Position numbers and translations under genes: made by a program | Notes under the pieces: generated by a model | Databases searched by the model: none | The model's input: the letters and a program-made list of their open reading frames with translations, nothing else | What the model was told of the DNA's origin: nothing | Source of the DNA: Desulfobacterales bacterium | GTDB taxonomy: Bacteria > Desulfobacterota > Desulfobacteria > Desulfobacterales > UBA2174 | Length of the DNA: 64,000 nucleotides | Reading direction: 5' to 3' | Assembly (NCBI GenBank): GCA_963668645.2 | Contig: CAXXWC010000008.1 | Location: forward strand, 64,001 to 128,000 | In this document: piece by piece, positions 19,616-29,199 of the stretch | How the letters are laid out: each line of letters starts with the position of its first letter | Position numbering within the stretch: position 1 is the stretch's first letter

Positions 19616-21361
19616 ATGGGGTTGCGATCGCGTTTGTGCACCATCGTTGCATGTCTGGCGCTTTGGTTTTTGCTGCTGCCGGGTTGCGATTCGGCGGCCG
19701 CGCCGGCCGGGCAGATCTCCCAGGCCGTTCACGCCTGGCTTGAGGAGGCCGCCGTCCCTCGGGGGGTGTGGATCGGCTGCGAACCGATCCATGCCGGCCA
19801 GGACCTGGTCGAATTTTATCACCAGCGCGATTACCGGCCGATATGGGTCTTGCCTGAAGGTCCCGGCCAGGCCGCCTATGAGCTTGTGGCGGCCATCGGC
19901 AAAGCGGATCATCACGGTCTTTTGCCCGGGGATTACCATTTCCTTTGCCTTTCGGCCTGGCTGTCGCCGTCGTCTTTGAAACGGCGCGCCGCATTGGAGG
20001 CCAAGGAACTGGCCGGGATGGAAATCGTGTTATCCGACGCCTTCGTCAACCTTGCCACCCACCTGGCCGTCGGGAAGGTCGACCCCCGCACGATCTACCC
20101 CCAATGGATTGCTCCGGCCAAAAAGGCCGAAGTCTTTGGATGGCTGGCCGCTGTCTCCGCACCGGAAGATGTCCGCCGGGCTTTCTCCCAGGCGGCTCCG
20201 GACAGCGAGGGGTACCGTGCCGCCATGGCAGAGGTCCAGCGGCTGCGTGAAGTCATCGCGTCCGGGGGCTGGCCTGCGGTGGATTCCGGCGAAGCGCTGC
20301 GCGCCGGCGACCGGTCGAGCCGCGTAGCACAGCTTCGTTTGCGGCTGGTGCAAGAGGGCGATTTTCCTGCGGCGGGAAACGGGGGCAAAGACGAGTCTTT
20401 TTTTGATTCAGGTCTGGAACAGGCAGTGGCGGCCTTTCAGAGAAGGCAGGGATTGGCTGCGGACGGCGTGGTCGGCCGGGGAACCCTGGCCTCCTTGAAC
20501 CGTTCGGCCCAGGATCGGCTACGCTGCGTCCTGGTCAATCTGGAACGCTGGCGCTGGCTCCCACGGGATCTGGGCCGGCGGCACATTATCGTCAATTCGG
20601 CCGCCTTTCAGCTTCAGGCATTCAGTGAACGCCGGATGGTCCTGGAAATGCCCGTCATCGTCGGCGAGGCGTACACCCGCACGCCGGTGTTCAGCCGCAA
20701 CATGGCCTACCTCGTGGTCAATCCTTACTGGAACGTGCCCCCGGGCGTGCTGGCGCGCAAAATCCTGCCGAAAATCAAGAAGGACCCGAGTTATCTGGCG
20801 GCCCAGCACTTCGAGTTGATCCGCGGCTGGAAAGAACCCGCCGATCCGATGGATCCGCAGCTGGTCGACTGGACTCGGGTGCATGCCGGCAACTTTCCCG
20901 GGCGCCTGCGCCAGCGGCCTGGGCCCTGGAACGCCTTGGGCCGCATCAAGTTTATTTTCCCCAACGATTTCAGTGTCTATTTGCACGATACGCCCGAGCG
21001 CCATCTGTTCAAACGTCCTGCCAGGGCCTTCAGCAGCGGATGCATCCGGGTGGAAAAGCCCATCGATCTGGCGCTTTTCGTACTGGCGCCGGATCCTTCC
21101 TGGTCCCGTGAACGCCTGGAGCAGACCATCGCCGGAGGCAAACCCACTACGGTGACGGTGAGAGACCCGGTGACGGTCCATCTGCTCTACTGGACGTTCT
21201 GGGTTAACGGGCAGGGCGGGGCCGAATACCGCAAGGATATCTACGCCCGCGACGGGGTCCTCTGGAAGGCCTTGAACGCAATTCCCGGAGCGGGCACGCC
21301 GTCCCCGGCGGTCGGAAAACCCGAGGCCGATCCGAATGTGTCGGTGGAACCGTCCGGGTAA
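19616..21361 (+). CDS. L,D-transpeptidase, YcbB/LdtD-like
   Basis: PG-binding FQRRQGLAADGVVG; NPYWNVP, NALGRIKF, YLHDTP and SSGCIRV motifs. Confidence 0.9.
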   Translation: MGLRSRLCTIVACLALWFLLLPGCDSAAAPAGQISQAVHAWLEEAAVPRGVWIGCEPIHAGQDLVEFYHQRDYRPIWVLPEGPGQAAYELVAAIGKADHHGLLPGDYHFLCLSAWLSPSSLKRRAALEAKELAGMEIVLSDAFVNLATHLAVGKVDPRTIYPQWIAPAKKAEVFGWLAAVSAPEDVRRAFSQAAPDSEGYRAAMAEVQRLREVIASGGWPAVDSGEALRAGDRSSRVAQLRLRLVQEGDFPAAGNGGKDESFFDSGLEQAVAAFQRRQGLAADGVVGRGTLASLNRSAQDRLRCVLVNLERWRWLPRDLGRRHIIVNSAAFQLQAFSERRMVLEMPVIVGEAYTRTPVFSRNMAYLVVNPYWNVPPGVLARKILPKIKKDPSYLAAQHFELIRGWKEPADPMDPQLVDWTRVHAGNFPGRLRQRPGPWNALGRIKFIFPNDFSVYLHDTPERHLFKRPARAFSSGCIRVEKPIDLALFVLAPDPSWSRERLEQTIAGGKPTTVTVRDPVTVHLLYWTFWVNGQGGAEYRKDIYARDGVLWKALNAIPGAGTPSPAVGKPEADPNVSVEPSG

Positions 21362-21438
21362 AGGAAGGCTTGCCGGCCGAGGTTGGCCCCCGGTTGTAAA
21401 AGACGGCAGACAGCGGAATGATGCGCACCGGGAAGGCG

Positions 21439-22014
21439 CTACCAATGGCGAACCGGTCCGACATCGACATGAACGAACTGGGGGTATCCTCCCACGCCGC
21501 CTTGGGCCAGTGCCATGGCGGTATGGTGGATCCGCTCGAGGTGCAAACCTTTGATGTGGATATCGGCGGCCATGCCCCTGAGATGATAGCTTCGCTTGGC
21601 CACACCTTTTCCCCGGGCGCGCAGCAGGCGATTGTATTGCGGCGAGCGGTAGCCCGAAATGAGCATCAATGGCCGCTTGCCCGCCTCAAGCCGGGTGTGG
21701 ATGCGGTCCAAAAGAAGGTAGAGGGACGGGTCGATGCGTTTGGTGGCGCCGCTGTAATGGCAGCGGAACAGGTGGTCCAGGCGGGCGAGGGCCTGCGCAT
21801 TGAAGCGGCCGTCCTTTTCAAGGTAGCGGATTCGCAGTGTTTCAAGCGTATGGAGATTGGTGACCGTGATGCGCCCGGACAGGTCTCCGGCGGCGGGCCG
21901 AGCCAGAGCGGACGCGGCTGCGGCCCATGGCAGCAGCAAGGATGCGGTTGCGCCAGCCAATGTATGCTTTATCAACAGTCTTCGCGAAATGGGTTTTTCG
22001 AAGAGGGGCTTCAT
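21439..22014 (-). CDS. YcbK/MepK (DUF882, peptidase M15) with Tat-like signal
   Basis: SRRLL twin-Arg; ISGYRS, SYHLRGMAADI, GGVG and FVHVDVG motifs. Confidence 0.88.
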   Translation of the reverse strand: MKPLFEKPISRRLLIKHTLAGATASLLLPWAAAASALARPAAGDLSGRITVTNLHTLETLRIRYLEKDGRFNAQALARLDHLFRCHYSGATKRIDPSLYLLLDRIHTRLEAGKRPLMLISGYRSPQYNRLLRARGKGVAKRSYHLRGMAADIHIKGLHLERIHHTAMALAQGGVGGYPQFVHVDVGPVRHW

Positions 22015-22095
22015 CGAATTTCGCATCGTGGTGTCGTGGGATGAAATCCCGGCTTCCCTAACCTGGATCGGAAAAATTTACAAGAGACGAATAGA

Positions 22096-22569
22096 ATGAG
22101 CACCCGTGCTGTCACTTTTTTGAATCGAAAAAAGATCTCCTTCGAGCTGGTGGCCTACACGCATGAAGAAAAGGGTGCACAGTTCGCTGCCCGGGCCGTG
22201 GGCTTTCCGCTGGGGCAGACCATCAAGACGCTGGTGGCCGATTTGGGAACCAGATCGTATCGGTTGGTACTGATGCCCGGTGACCGCGAGGTATCGATGA
22301 AGCGGCTGGCCAAGGTCTGCGGCGTTAAGCGGGCCGCCATGGCCGATGTGGCCTCGGCCGAGCGGATCACAGGATACCTGGTGGGTGGGATCAGCCCCTT
22401 CGGCACGCGCCAGCGTCTGCCCGCGATGATGGAGCAAAGCCTGATGGCGCACGCCGAAGTGCTGATTAACGCCGGCCAGCGCGGGCTTTTGCTCAAGATG
22501 AAGCCCGCCGACATCGTCCGGGCATTGAACGCCACCATCGTGTCGGTCGCCGAGCCCCTGCCGGTGTAA
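22096..22569 (+). CDS. ybaK: Cys-tRNA(Pro) deacylase, YbaK/EbsC
   Basis: IKTLV, TGYLVGGISPFG and INAGQRG motifs. Confidence 0.88.
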   Translation: MSTRAVTFLNRKKISFELVAYTHEEKGAQFAARAVGFPLGQTIKTLVADLGTRSYRLVLMPGDREVSMKRLAKVCGVKRAAMADVASAERITGYLVGGISPFGTRQRLPAMMEQSLMAHAEVLINAGQRGLLLKMKPADIVRALNATIVSVAEPLPV

Positions 22570-22655
22570 GGGGGCGCAACAGAAGACCTGCGCCCTGTTC
22601 AGGTGTCGGCCGGCAGGGGGCCAAACCCGTAGCGGCATGCAGGCCGAAAGTTGAA

Positions 22656-23144
22656 TTATCTTCCCTTCTCGACGATTACCTGGGCGCGGGAGGTAAAGGA
22701 GATCCCCTGTTGGGTCTGGGTCCCGATCATCACCGATTCGACGATGGGCGTAGCGATGGGCGTCCCGGCACTCCATGTGACGATGAAATTGGCCCCTGAT
22801 CCACCGGCCTTGTCACGCTCGCCGATGACGTAGCGCATCGAGGCCAGGGGGCCGAGGGAGACGGGGGTGTCGAGATAGCGGCGCAGCAGCTTGCCGGCCG
22901 AATCGTAATAGTCCACCGATTCGATGGTAAGGGGCTCGGTCGTATCGGTGTTGCGGATGCTCAGGGTTACGGCCAGATAGAACGGCTGCTCGCGATCGCC
23001 GCTGTAAATGTGGGAATAGACCGGTACATAGAGGGTCTGGCCCCGGGAACGGACCGTCTTGTCCATGTCGGCGGCCGCTCCGGCATCCATGATGGCCAAG
23101 GCGAGGATCGTCGCGAAGAAAATGGCAGTGGCTTTTGCTTTCAT
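22656..23144 (-). CDS. DUF3124 family exported protein
   Basis: YVPVYSHIY, TLSIRNTD, GGSGANFIV and GISFTS motifs. Confidence 0.8.
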   Translation of the reverse strand: MKAKATAIFFATILALAIMDAGAAADMDKTVRSRGQTLYVPVYSHIYSGDREQPFYLAVTLSIRNTDTTEPLTIESVDYYDSAGKLLRRYLDTPVSLGPLASMRYVIGERDKAGGSGANFIVTWSAGTPIATPIVESVMIGTQTQQGISFTSRAQVIVEKGR

Positions 23145-23236
23145 GGCACCTCAGGCGTCCCGGGCATCCGCCCCTTTCATGGCAAAGCCTCTGTGCCGGG
23201 GCGTGTCAAATATGACGGTGATGTAAACAATGGCCT

Positions 23237-23905
23237 TTACCACGGCCAAGCCGCCGGCACCGGCGCCGCGATGCAGATCCTTTCGCTCCGGGTCGGATGG
23301 TCGAAACGCAGGCACGCGGCGTACAGTGCGACAGCCCTGGCGGGCAGGGCCGTTTCGGCCCCGTACTTCAGATCGCCGAGAATCGGACAGCCCACGGCAG
23401 CCAGTTGAACCCGGATCTGATGGCTGCGCCCGGTCTGCAGCGCCACCTCGATGAGGCTGGTTTTCTCCCGCCGTTCGATTACCCGGTAGTCCAGTGTTGC
23501 CCGTTTGGCTCCGGGAACCTTGGGCGTCGTGACCCGGCTGCGGTGCTCCCGGGAAATTTTTTTCAGATAGTGCGTCAAGCGGCCTTTCAGGGCCGGGGGG
23601 GCTCCGGAGACCACTGCGCGGTAGATCTTCTCGACCCGTCCGGTGCGCAAAGCCTCCGAAAGCCGGGCTGCGGCCTTGGAGGTCCGGGCCAGCACCAAGG
23701 CTCCGGCCACCGGCCGGTCCAACCGGTGCACCAAGCCGATGAAGACATTGCCCGGCTTGCTGTACTTTGCCTTCAGATAGTCCCTGGCCGCCTCCACGAT
23801 GGTTGCGTCGCCGCTGGCATCCGCCTGGCACAAGACGCCTGCCGGTTTGTTGACCACCAGCAGATGATTGTCCTCGTAAAGGATCTCCAGGGCCTTGAAG
23901 TCCAT
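23237..23905 (-). CDS. RluA-family pseudouridine synthase
   Basis: LYEDNHLLVVNKPAG, VHRLDRP, TGRSHQIR and GDLKYG motifs. Confidence 0.9.
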   Translation of the reverse strand: MDFKALEILYEDNHLLVVNKPAGVLCQADASGDATIVEAARDYLKAKYSKPGNVFIGLVHRLDRPVAGALVLARTSKAAARLSEALRTGRVEKIYRAVVSGAPPALKGRLTHYLKKISREHRSRVTTPKVPGAKRATLDYRVIERREKTSLIEVALQTGRSHQIRVQLAAVGCPILGDLKYGAETALPARAVALYAACLRFDHPTRSERICIAAPVPAAWPW

Positions 23906-23927
23906 CAATGGTTGATGATGCTTTTCG

Positions 23928-24476
23928 TCAGCCAGCGGCCCCACCGCTTTCGCGGGCCACGAACCCTTGGGTGTTCAGGCCGGTGGCCGAGGAGGTGCCG
24001 GCGATCTTGGCCAGATATACGGCGCCGAGCTTCTCGATGTGGCCGGCCACATTGTCGAAGTAGTTGTAATGGGCCTGCTCTTCGTCGATCACCGCTTCGA
24101 AGATCTTGACCGTGACGCTGTCGCCGCTGTCCCGGCAGACCTTTAAAAATTTATTGTAGGCCTCGATGGTATCGTCTTCAAGTTTGGCGTCGAAAGGAAA
24201 GACCGCTTCCACCCCCTGGCCCTTGTCCACCGGTCCGGCCTTATCGATGGTCGGTTCCCCTCCTAACTCCTTGATCCGTTCGGCGAACATTTCGGCGTGG
24301 CGCATTTCGTCGATGGCGATGAGCTTGACCTTGGCGGCCAGTTCGCCGAAGTCCATATCGTCCAGGTTGTAGTGCTGGTTCATGTACTGGTGGATGGCCA
24401 GCAGCTCCATGGCACGGGCCTGATTGAGGACGGCAAGAACTTGTTCCTTGGGGGAAGGGGCAGCTTTTTTGGCCAT
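23928..24476 (-). CDS. bfr: Bacterioferritin
   Basis: MELLAIHQY, IDEMRHAE (heme Met plus ExxH) and DEEQAH ferroxidase ligands; GGAGG RBS. Confidence 0.88.
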   Translation of the reverse strand: MAKKAAPSPKEQVLAVLNQARAMELLAIHQYMNQHYNLDDMDFGELAAKVKLIAIDEMRHAEMFAERIKELGGEPTIDKAGPVDKGQGVEAVFPFDAKLEDDTIEAYNKFLKVCRDSGDSVTVKIFEAVIDEEQAHYNYFDNVAGHIEKLGAVYLAKIAGTSSATGLNTQGFVARESGGAAG

Positions 24477-25051
24477 GAGAAACCTCCTTGGGTTGATAGG
24501 TGGCGCCGGTTTTTGCTCAATATCGAGCGTGCCGAAGTCGACGTGGCGACTTTTTGCGCAAACCGGAAATCCGAAGCCTGTCAAATCTCATTACGACGAG
24601 CCGGCCGCGCCATTGTAAGGCTCGGTTACAATGACACTTGCCGTGCGGCTCGTCAATAAGCGGATTGGCGCGTTGGGCAATAGGCATGTCCGCTTCGGCC
24701 GGATCGCAGGACGGTTGTCCAGACCTTTACGGGCGTTGTCGACCTTATATTCAAAGACCAGCAATCTTACCGAAGCCGTCTATTTTCGGATATGGTCGCC
24801 GGAAGGCCCTGGGACGGCGCCTGGCCTGGTCTTCTTGCCGTTGACCGATCGTCCCCCAGCACATGACAGTGAGTGTCAGGCGCCAGGAGACAGTTCTCCG
24901 ACCCGCCACAGGAGGCATCGAGTGTGCACCTCGCGCTATCCTGCATGAAATCACAGCACATCACTGGTAAAATCCGGATTGGGGCACTGCTGGCATGAAA
25001 TTTGATAATTTTAAAAAATTCAGAGTTCTATTTTCAGTTTGTTATGAGGAT

Positions 25052-25082
25052 TTGACGTTATGGAAAGTTGCTGATATATCAG
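25052..25082 (+). promoter_or_regulatory. Candidate sigma70 promoter of the xsc operon overlapped by a 12-bp palindrome (candidate GntR operator)
   Basis: TTGACG at 25052; TGnTATATC at 17-bp spacing; perfect palindrome CTGATATATCAG at 25071-25082. Confidence 0.5.
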
Positions 25083-25195
25083 ATATCACATATTTAACAT
25101 CCATGGTCATCCGGGCGGGCAGTTACCGTGTATCGGTCAGGTTATCGATTGGCGCCCCTCCCCGGATGCCCCAACGGCAAAAGGAGAGACGAATA

Positions 25196-26929
25196 ATGGC
25201 AAAGCAGAAGATGACCCCCAGCGAGGCGTTGGTCGAAAGCATGGTCGCCGAAGGGGTGCGGGAAGTTTTCGGTATCGTCGGATCGGCCTACATGGATGCC
25301 CTGGATCTGTTTCCAGACGCCGGGATCCGTTTCATACCGGTGGCCCATGAACAGGCTGCGGCCCACGCGGCTGACGGCCTGGCCCGGGTCAGCGGCAGGC
25401 CGCAGGTCTGCATCGCCCAGAACGGTCCGGGTGCTGCCAATTTCGTATCGGCCATGGTGGCAGCCTACTGGGCCCATTCCCCGGTGGTGGCGATCACTCC
25501 GGAAACAGGTTCCATGGGCATCGGCACCGGCGGCTTCCAGGAGCTGGACCAGATGGCGATGTTCCAGCGCCAGACGGTCTACCAGGTGCGTGTCAACCGG
25601 CCCCAGCGCATGGCCGAACTGACCCGCCGGGCTTTTTACATGGCCAAGAACTTCAACGGTCCGACCCAGCTGAACATCCCCCGCGACTATTTTTACGGCG
25701 AGTGCAACGACGAAATCTACGAGACCCCGGTGATCCGCCGCGGCCCGGGCTCCATGGAGGATGTGGCCGAGGCCGCCCGCATCTTGGCCGAGGCCAAGTA
25801 TCCGGTGATCCTGGCCGGCGGCGGGGTCTCCCAGGCCGACGCGGTGGCCGAGGTCAAGGCCCTGGCCGAATATCTCACCGCCCCGGTGGTCAACAGCTAC
25901 CTGCACAACGACAGCTTCCCGGCCAGCCATCAGCTCGCCTGCGGCCCCATCGGCTACTGCGGCTCCAAGGCCGCCATGCGCACCATCAAGAAGGCCGACG
26001 TGGTCCTGGCCCTCGGTACGCGGCTGGGCCCCTTCGGCACCCTGCCCCAGTACGACATGGCCTACTGGCCGGACAACGCGCGCCTGATCCAGTGTGACAC
26101 CAACGTGGCCGTGCTCGGCCTGGCCAAGCGCGCCGACGTCTACAGCTGCGGCAACGTCAAGGAGTTCGCCGCCCTGCTGCTCGATCGCGTCAAGGGCCTG
26201 GCCCCCGGCCTCGGTCCCGATGCCGCCCGCCTGGCCGATGTCGCCAAGGAAAAGGCCGTCTGGGATGCGGAGATCGGCGAGTGGAGCGCCAGCGGCCAGT
26301 CGAAACCGATGCACCCGCGCCGCTTCCACCAGGAGTGGACCCGTGCCCTGCCCAAGGGCAGTATCGTGACCACCGACATCGGCAACAACTCCTCGATGAT
26401 CAACGCCTATCTGAAGTTCGAGGGCGTGCGCCAGCACATCAGCGCCCTTTCCTGGGGCAACTGCGGCTTTGCCTACGGCGCGGCCCTCGGCTGCAAGCTC
26501 GGCCGGCCCGATGTCCCGGTCATCGCCTTCCAGGGCGACGGGGCCTACGGGATCAGCGGGGTCGCCGAGGTGATGACCGCCGTGCGCGAAAACATCCCGG
26601 TGATCGCCATCGTGGCTTGCAACTACGAGTGGGGCGCCGAGAAGAAGAACCAGATCGACTACTACGACAACCGCTTCGTGGGCGCCAACCTGCCCACCAA
26701 CCCGGACTACGCCAAGCTGGCCGAGGACATGGGGGCCCTGGGCTTCCGCGTCGATCACCCCGACCAGGTCGGCGACGTAATGAAAGAGGCCATCGCTTCG
26801 GGACGGCCCTGCGTGATCAACGCCATCCTGGAAGGTGGAGAACGCGTATTGGCCGAGCCGTTCCGCCGTGACGCGCTCAACATGCCGGTGCGTCACCTTC
26901 CCAAGTACGCACACCTCAACGCCAAGTGA
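25196..26929 (+). CDS. xsc: Sulfoacetaldehyde acetyltransferase (ThDP-dependent)
   Basis: KMTPSEA, GIVGSAYMD, QNGPG, YLHNDSFPASH, GDGA and WGAEKKNQIDYYDNRFVG are Xsc signatures; clustered with tpa. Confidence 0.9.
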   Translation: MAKQKMTPSEALVESMVAEGVREVFGIVGSAYMDALDLFPDAGIRFIPVAHEQAAAHAADGLARVSGRPQVCIAQNGPGAANFVSAMVAAYWAHSPVVAITPETGSMGIGTGGFQELDQMAMFQRQTVYQVRVNRPQRMAELTRRAFYMAKNFNGPTQLNIPRDYFYGECNDEIYETPVIRRGPGSMEDVAEAARILAEAKYPVILAGGGVSQADAVAEVKALAEYLTAPVVNSYLHNDSFPASHQLACGPIGYCGSKAAMRTIKKADVVLALGTRLGPFGTLPQYDMAYWPDNARLIQCDTNVAVLGLAKRADVYSCGNVKEFAALLLDRVKGLAPGLGPDAARLADVAKEKAVWDAEIGEWSASGQSKPMHPRRFHQEWTRALPKGSIVTTDIGNNSSMINAYLKFEGVRQHISALSWGNCGFAYGAALGCKLGRPDVPVIAFQGDGAYGISGVAEVMTAVRENIPVIAIVACNYEWGAEKKNQIDYYDNRFVGANLPTNPDYAKLAEDMGALGFRVDHPDQVGDVMKEAIASGRPCVINAILEGGERVLAEPFRRDALNMPVRHLPKYAHLNAK

Positions 26930-26932
26930 AGT

Positions 26933-26983
26933 TTCGCGGTGGGAAGCGATCAAGCGACTGCTTCCCACCGCGAACTTCTTTTT
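26933..26983 (+). terminator. Strong hairpin plus T-tract between xsc and the ALDH gene
   Basis: 15-bp perfect stem TTCGCGGTGGGAAGC / GCTTCCCACCGCGAA followed by CTTCTTTTT. Confidence 0.6.
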
Positions 26984-27016
26984 GATCTTGCCCCTTTCCA
27001 CAGGAGATAAGCAATC

Positions 27017-28573
27017 ATGACGTGTCCATTTACCCGCATTCGCAACTTTATCCACGGCGAATGGGTCGAGGAGACCGGGGCCGAGTACGTACCGCTCTTC
27101 AACCCTTCGACCGGTGAACAGATCGGTGAAGTTCCCCTGTCGTCACCGGAAACATCCAAGACCGCAGTGGCCTCCTGCGCCAGGGCTTACGACGAATGGC
27201 GGCGCCTTTCGGTGGGCAAACGGGTCGGTTACATCTTTGCCATCCGCCAGGCTATGATTGATGGGCTGGAGGATCTCGCCGTTGCCGTCGCCGTGGACCA
27301 GGCCAAACACATCAGCGAGGCCCGGGGTGAAGTCCAGCGGGTGATCGAAATCCTTGAAACCGCTTGCTCCATTCCTACCCTGCTTCAGGGAGAAACCCTC
27401 GATCACATCGCTGGCAACATCAACGGGCGCGTCATCAAGGCCCCCCTTGGCGTTTTCTGCGGGGTGGCCCCCTTCAACTTCCCGGCTCTGGTCTTCGGAT
27501 GGTTCATCCCCTTTGCCATCGGGGTCGGCAACACCTTCGTGTTCAAGCCTTCCACCCAGTCGCCTCTGTTCATGCAGAAGATGGGCGAGATCTTCCAGGC
27601 CGTCGGCCTGCCGCCGGGGGTGATCAACATCGTCCACGGCAACCGCCACATGGTCGAACCCTGGTACGACGATCCGAAGGTCGCCGGCGTCTGCCTGGTC
27701 GGGTCCACGCCCACGGCCAAAAAGATGGCCGAGGCCTGCGGCCGCGGCGGCAAGCGCTCCATGCTGCTGGGCGGCGCCAAGAATTTTCTCGTCGCCATGG
27801 AAGACGTGCAGTGGGACGTCTTCATCCAGAACTATATGCATTCCTGCTACGGTTCGGCGGGCCAGCGTTGCCTGGCCGGTTCCATCGTGGCCGCGGTGCC
27901 CGAGATCTACGACGAGCTGATCGAACGGCTGATCGCCGCCTCGCGCGACATCAAGATCGGCAACGCCATGGACCCGAACATCTACATGGGCCCGGTGATC
28001 AGCGCGGCGGCCAAGGCCAAGATCGAAAACTACATCGAAATCGGCATCAAGGAGGGCTCGCGGCTGGTCCTCGACGGGCGCAACCCCGAAGTGGCCGCCG
28101 ACTGCCGCAACGGCTACTACGTGGGGCCCACCATCTTCGCCGACGTGACGCCCTGCCGCACCATCGCCCGCGAGGAGATTTTCGGCCCCGTCGTGTCGGT
28201 GATGAAGATTTCCGGACTCGACGACGTGCTGCAACTCATCCGCAACCAGAACTTCGGCAACGGGGCGTGCATTTTCACCCAGAATCTCTACTACGCCGAA
28301 AAATTCATCTCCGAAGCAGATGTGGGCATGATCGGCGTCAACGTCGGGGTCCCAGCGCCGCATCCCTACCTGCCCTTCGGCGGCATCAAGGACTCGCATC
28401 TGGGCACCAACAAGGTCCAGGGCAAGGACGGGATCGACTTCTTCACCCAGAACAAGATCGCCACGGTTCGCTTTGCGGCGCCCACCGGGCCTTGCACCGC
28501 GTCGGCCGGTGCCGACGCATCTTCGGTCGCGGGCCAAAAACCGCCGGCGGTACGTAGCTGCGTCGCATCCTAA
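27017..28573 (+). CDS. CoA-acylating aldehyde dehydrogenase, (methyl)malonate-semialdehyde dehydrogenase-like
   Basis: PFNFP, LGGAKN (no general-base Glu), AGQRCLA catalytic Cys, EEIFGPV, GVNVGVPAP. Confidence 0.8.
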   Translation: MTCPFTRIRNFIHGEWVEETGAEYVPLFNPSTGEQIGEVPLSSPETSKTAVASCARAYDEWRRLSVGKRVGYIFAIRQAMIDGLEDLAVAVAVDQAKHISEARGEVQRVIEILETACSIPTLLQGETLDHIAGNINGRVIKAPLGVFCGVAPFNFPALVFGWFIPFAIGVGNTFVFKPSTQSPLFMQKMGEIFQAVGLPPGVINIVHGNRHMVEPWYDDPKVAGVCLVGSTPTAKKMAEACGRGGKRSMLLGGAKNFLVAMEDVQWDVFIQNYMHSCYGSAGQRCLAGSIVAAVPEIYDELIERLIAASRDIKIGNAMDPNIYMGPVISAAAKAKIENYIEIGIKEGSRLVLDGRNPEVAADCRNGYYVGPTIFADVTPCRTIAREEIFGPVVSVMKISGLDDVLQLIRNQNFGNGACIFTQNLYYAEKFISEADVGMIGVNVGVPAPHPYLPFGGIKDSHLGTNKVQGKDGIDFFTQNKIATVRFAAPTGPCTASAGADASSVAGQKPPAVRSCVAS

Positions 28574-28669
28574 AACGCGTTGCCCCCCCCCGCGCAAAGG
28601 GCTGAGTGCATCACGCGGAGGGGGGCGGTTTCAACGCCAAATACCACGTAGCGCAGAGAGGACATCGAT

Positions 28670-29140
28670 ATGGAATACACGCGCATCATGGTGGCGATCG
28701 ATCCTGACAGCCAGGGACACGCCCCGGTCTTTGCCCGTGCCTTGGCCCTGGCCGGTTGGGAAACCCACCTTCTGATTGCCGCTTGCCTCGATGCGGTTAC
28801 CGCCGCCGAATTAACCGACAGCGTCGGCACGCTGGTGGACCCCGATTCCTCTGCGGCCCAGAACGCGCTGCAGCACCGCCGCCAGGTGGCTTATTCCCGC
28901 AGCCAGGCGCTGATCGACGAACTCGCCCAAGAGGCCCGGGTCCGTGTCGGCATCACGGTCCAGACGTCCGTGCAGGCGGGTCAGCCCGGCCCCCTGCTTT
29001 GCCAACTGGCACGCGACTGGAAGGCGGATTTGTTTGTTTTGGGCCTGACGCGTCGCGGACAACTGGTCGACTGCCTGCTGGGCAGCGTCACCCAGTACGT
29101 GGTGCACCACGCGCCCTGTTCGGTATTGTTGGTGCATTGA
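28670..29140 (+). CDS. Universal stress protein
   Basis: RIMVAID; ADLFVLG..RG..LLGSVTQYVVHHAPCSVLLV. Confidence 0.88.
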   Translation: MEYTRIMVAIDPDSQGHAPVFARALALAGWETHLLIAACLDAVTAAELTDSVGTLVDPDSSAAQNALQHRRQVAYSRSQALIDELAQEARVRVGITVQTSVQAGQPGPLLCQLARDWKADLFVLGLTRRGQLVDCLLGSVTQYVVHHAPCSVLLVH

Positions 29141-29199
29141 AATCTACTAACCGTACCGCGTCGCCAAAACGTCGCCGGTCCACATCGATAGGGGGATGC

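Noticed and set aside
17739..19994. Long antisense ORFs (751 aa here; also 25142-27055, 30258-32000, 11882-13519 and others)
   Set aside because: They shadow well-supported genes on the opposite strand, as expected at high GC, and show no recognisable motifs
24767..24964. 65-aa Cys-rich minus-strand ORF between bfr and xsc
   Set aside because: No clear RBS, recognisable motif or adjacent maturase; likely spurious
24991..25006. Sigma54-like TGGCATGAAATTTGAT upstream of xsc
   Set aside because: The -12 box reads TTGA rather than TTGC and no enhancer-binding protein is in the cluster; cannot be supported
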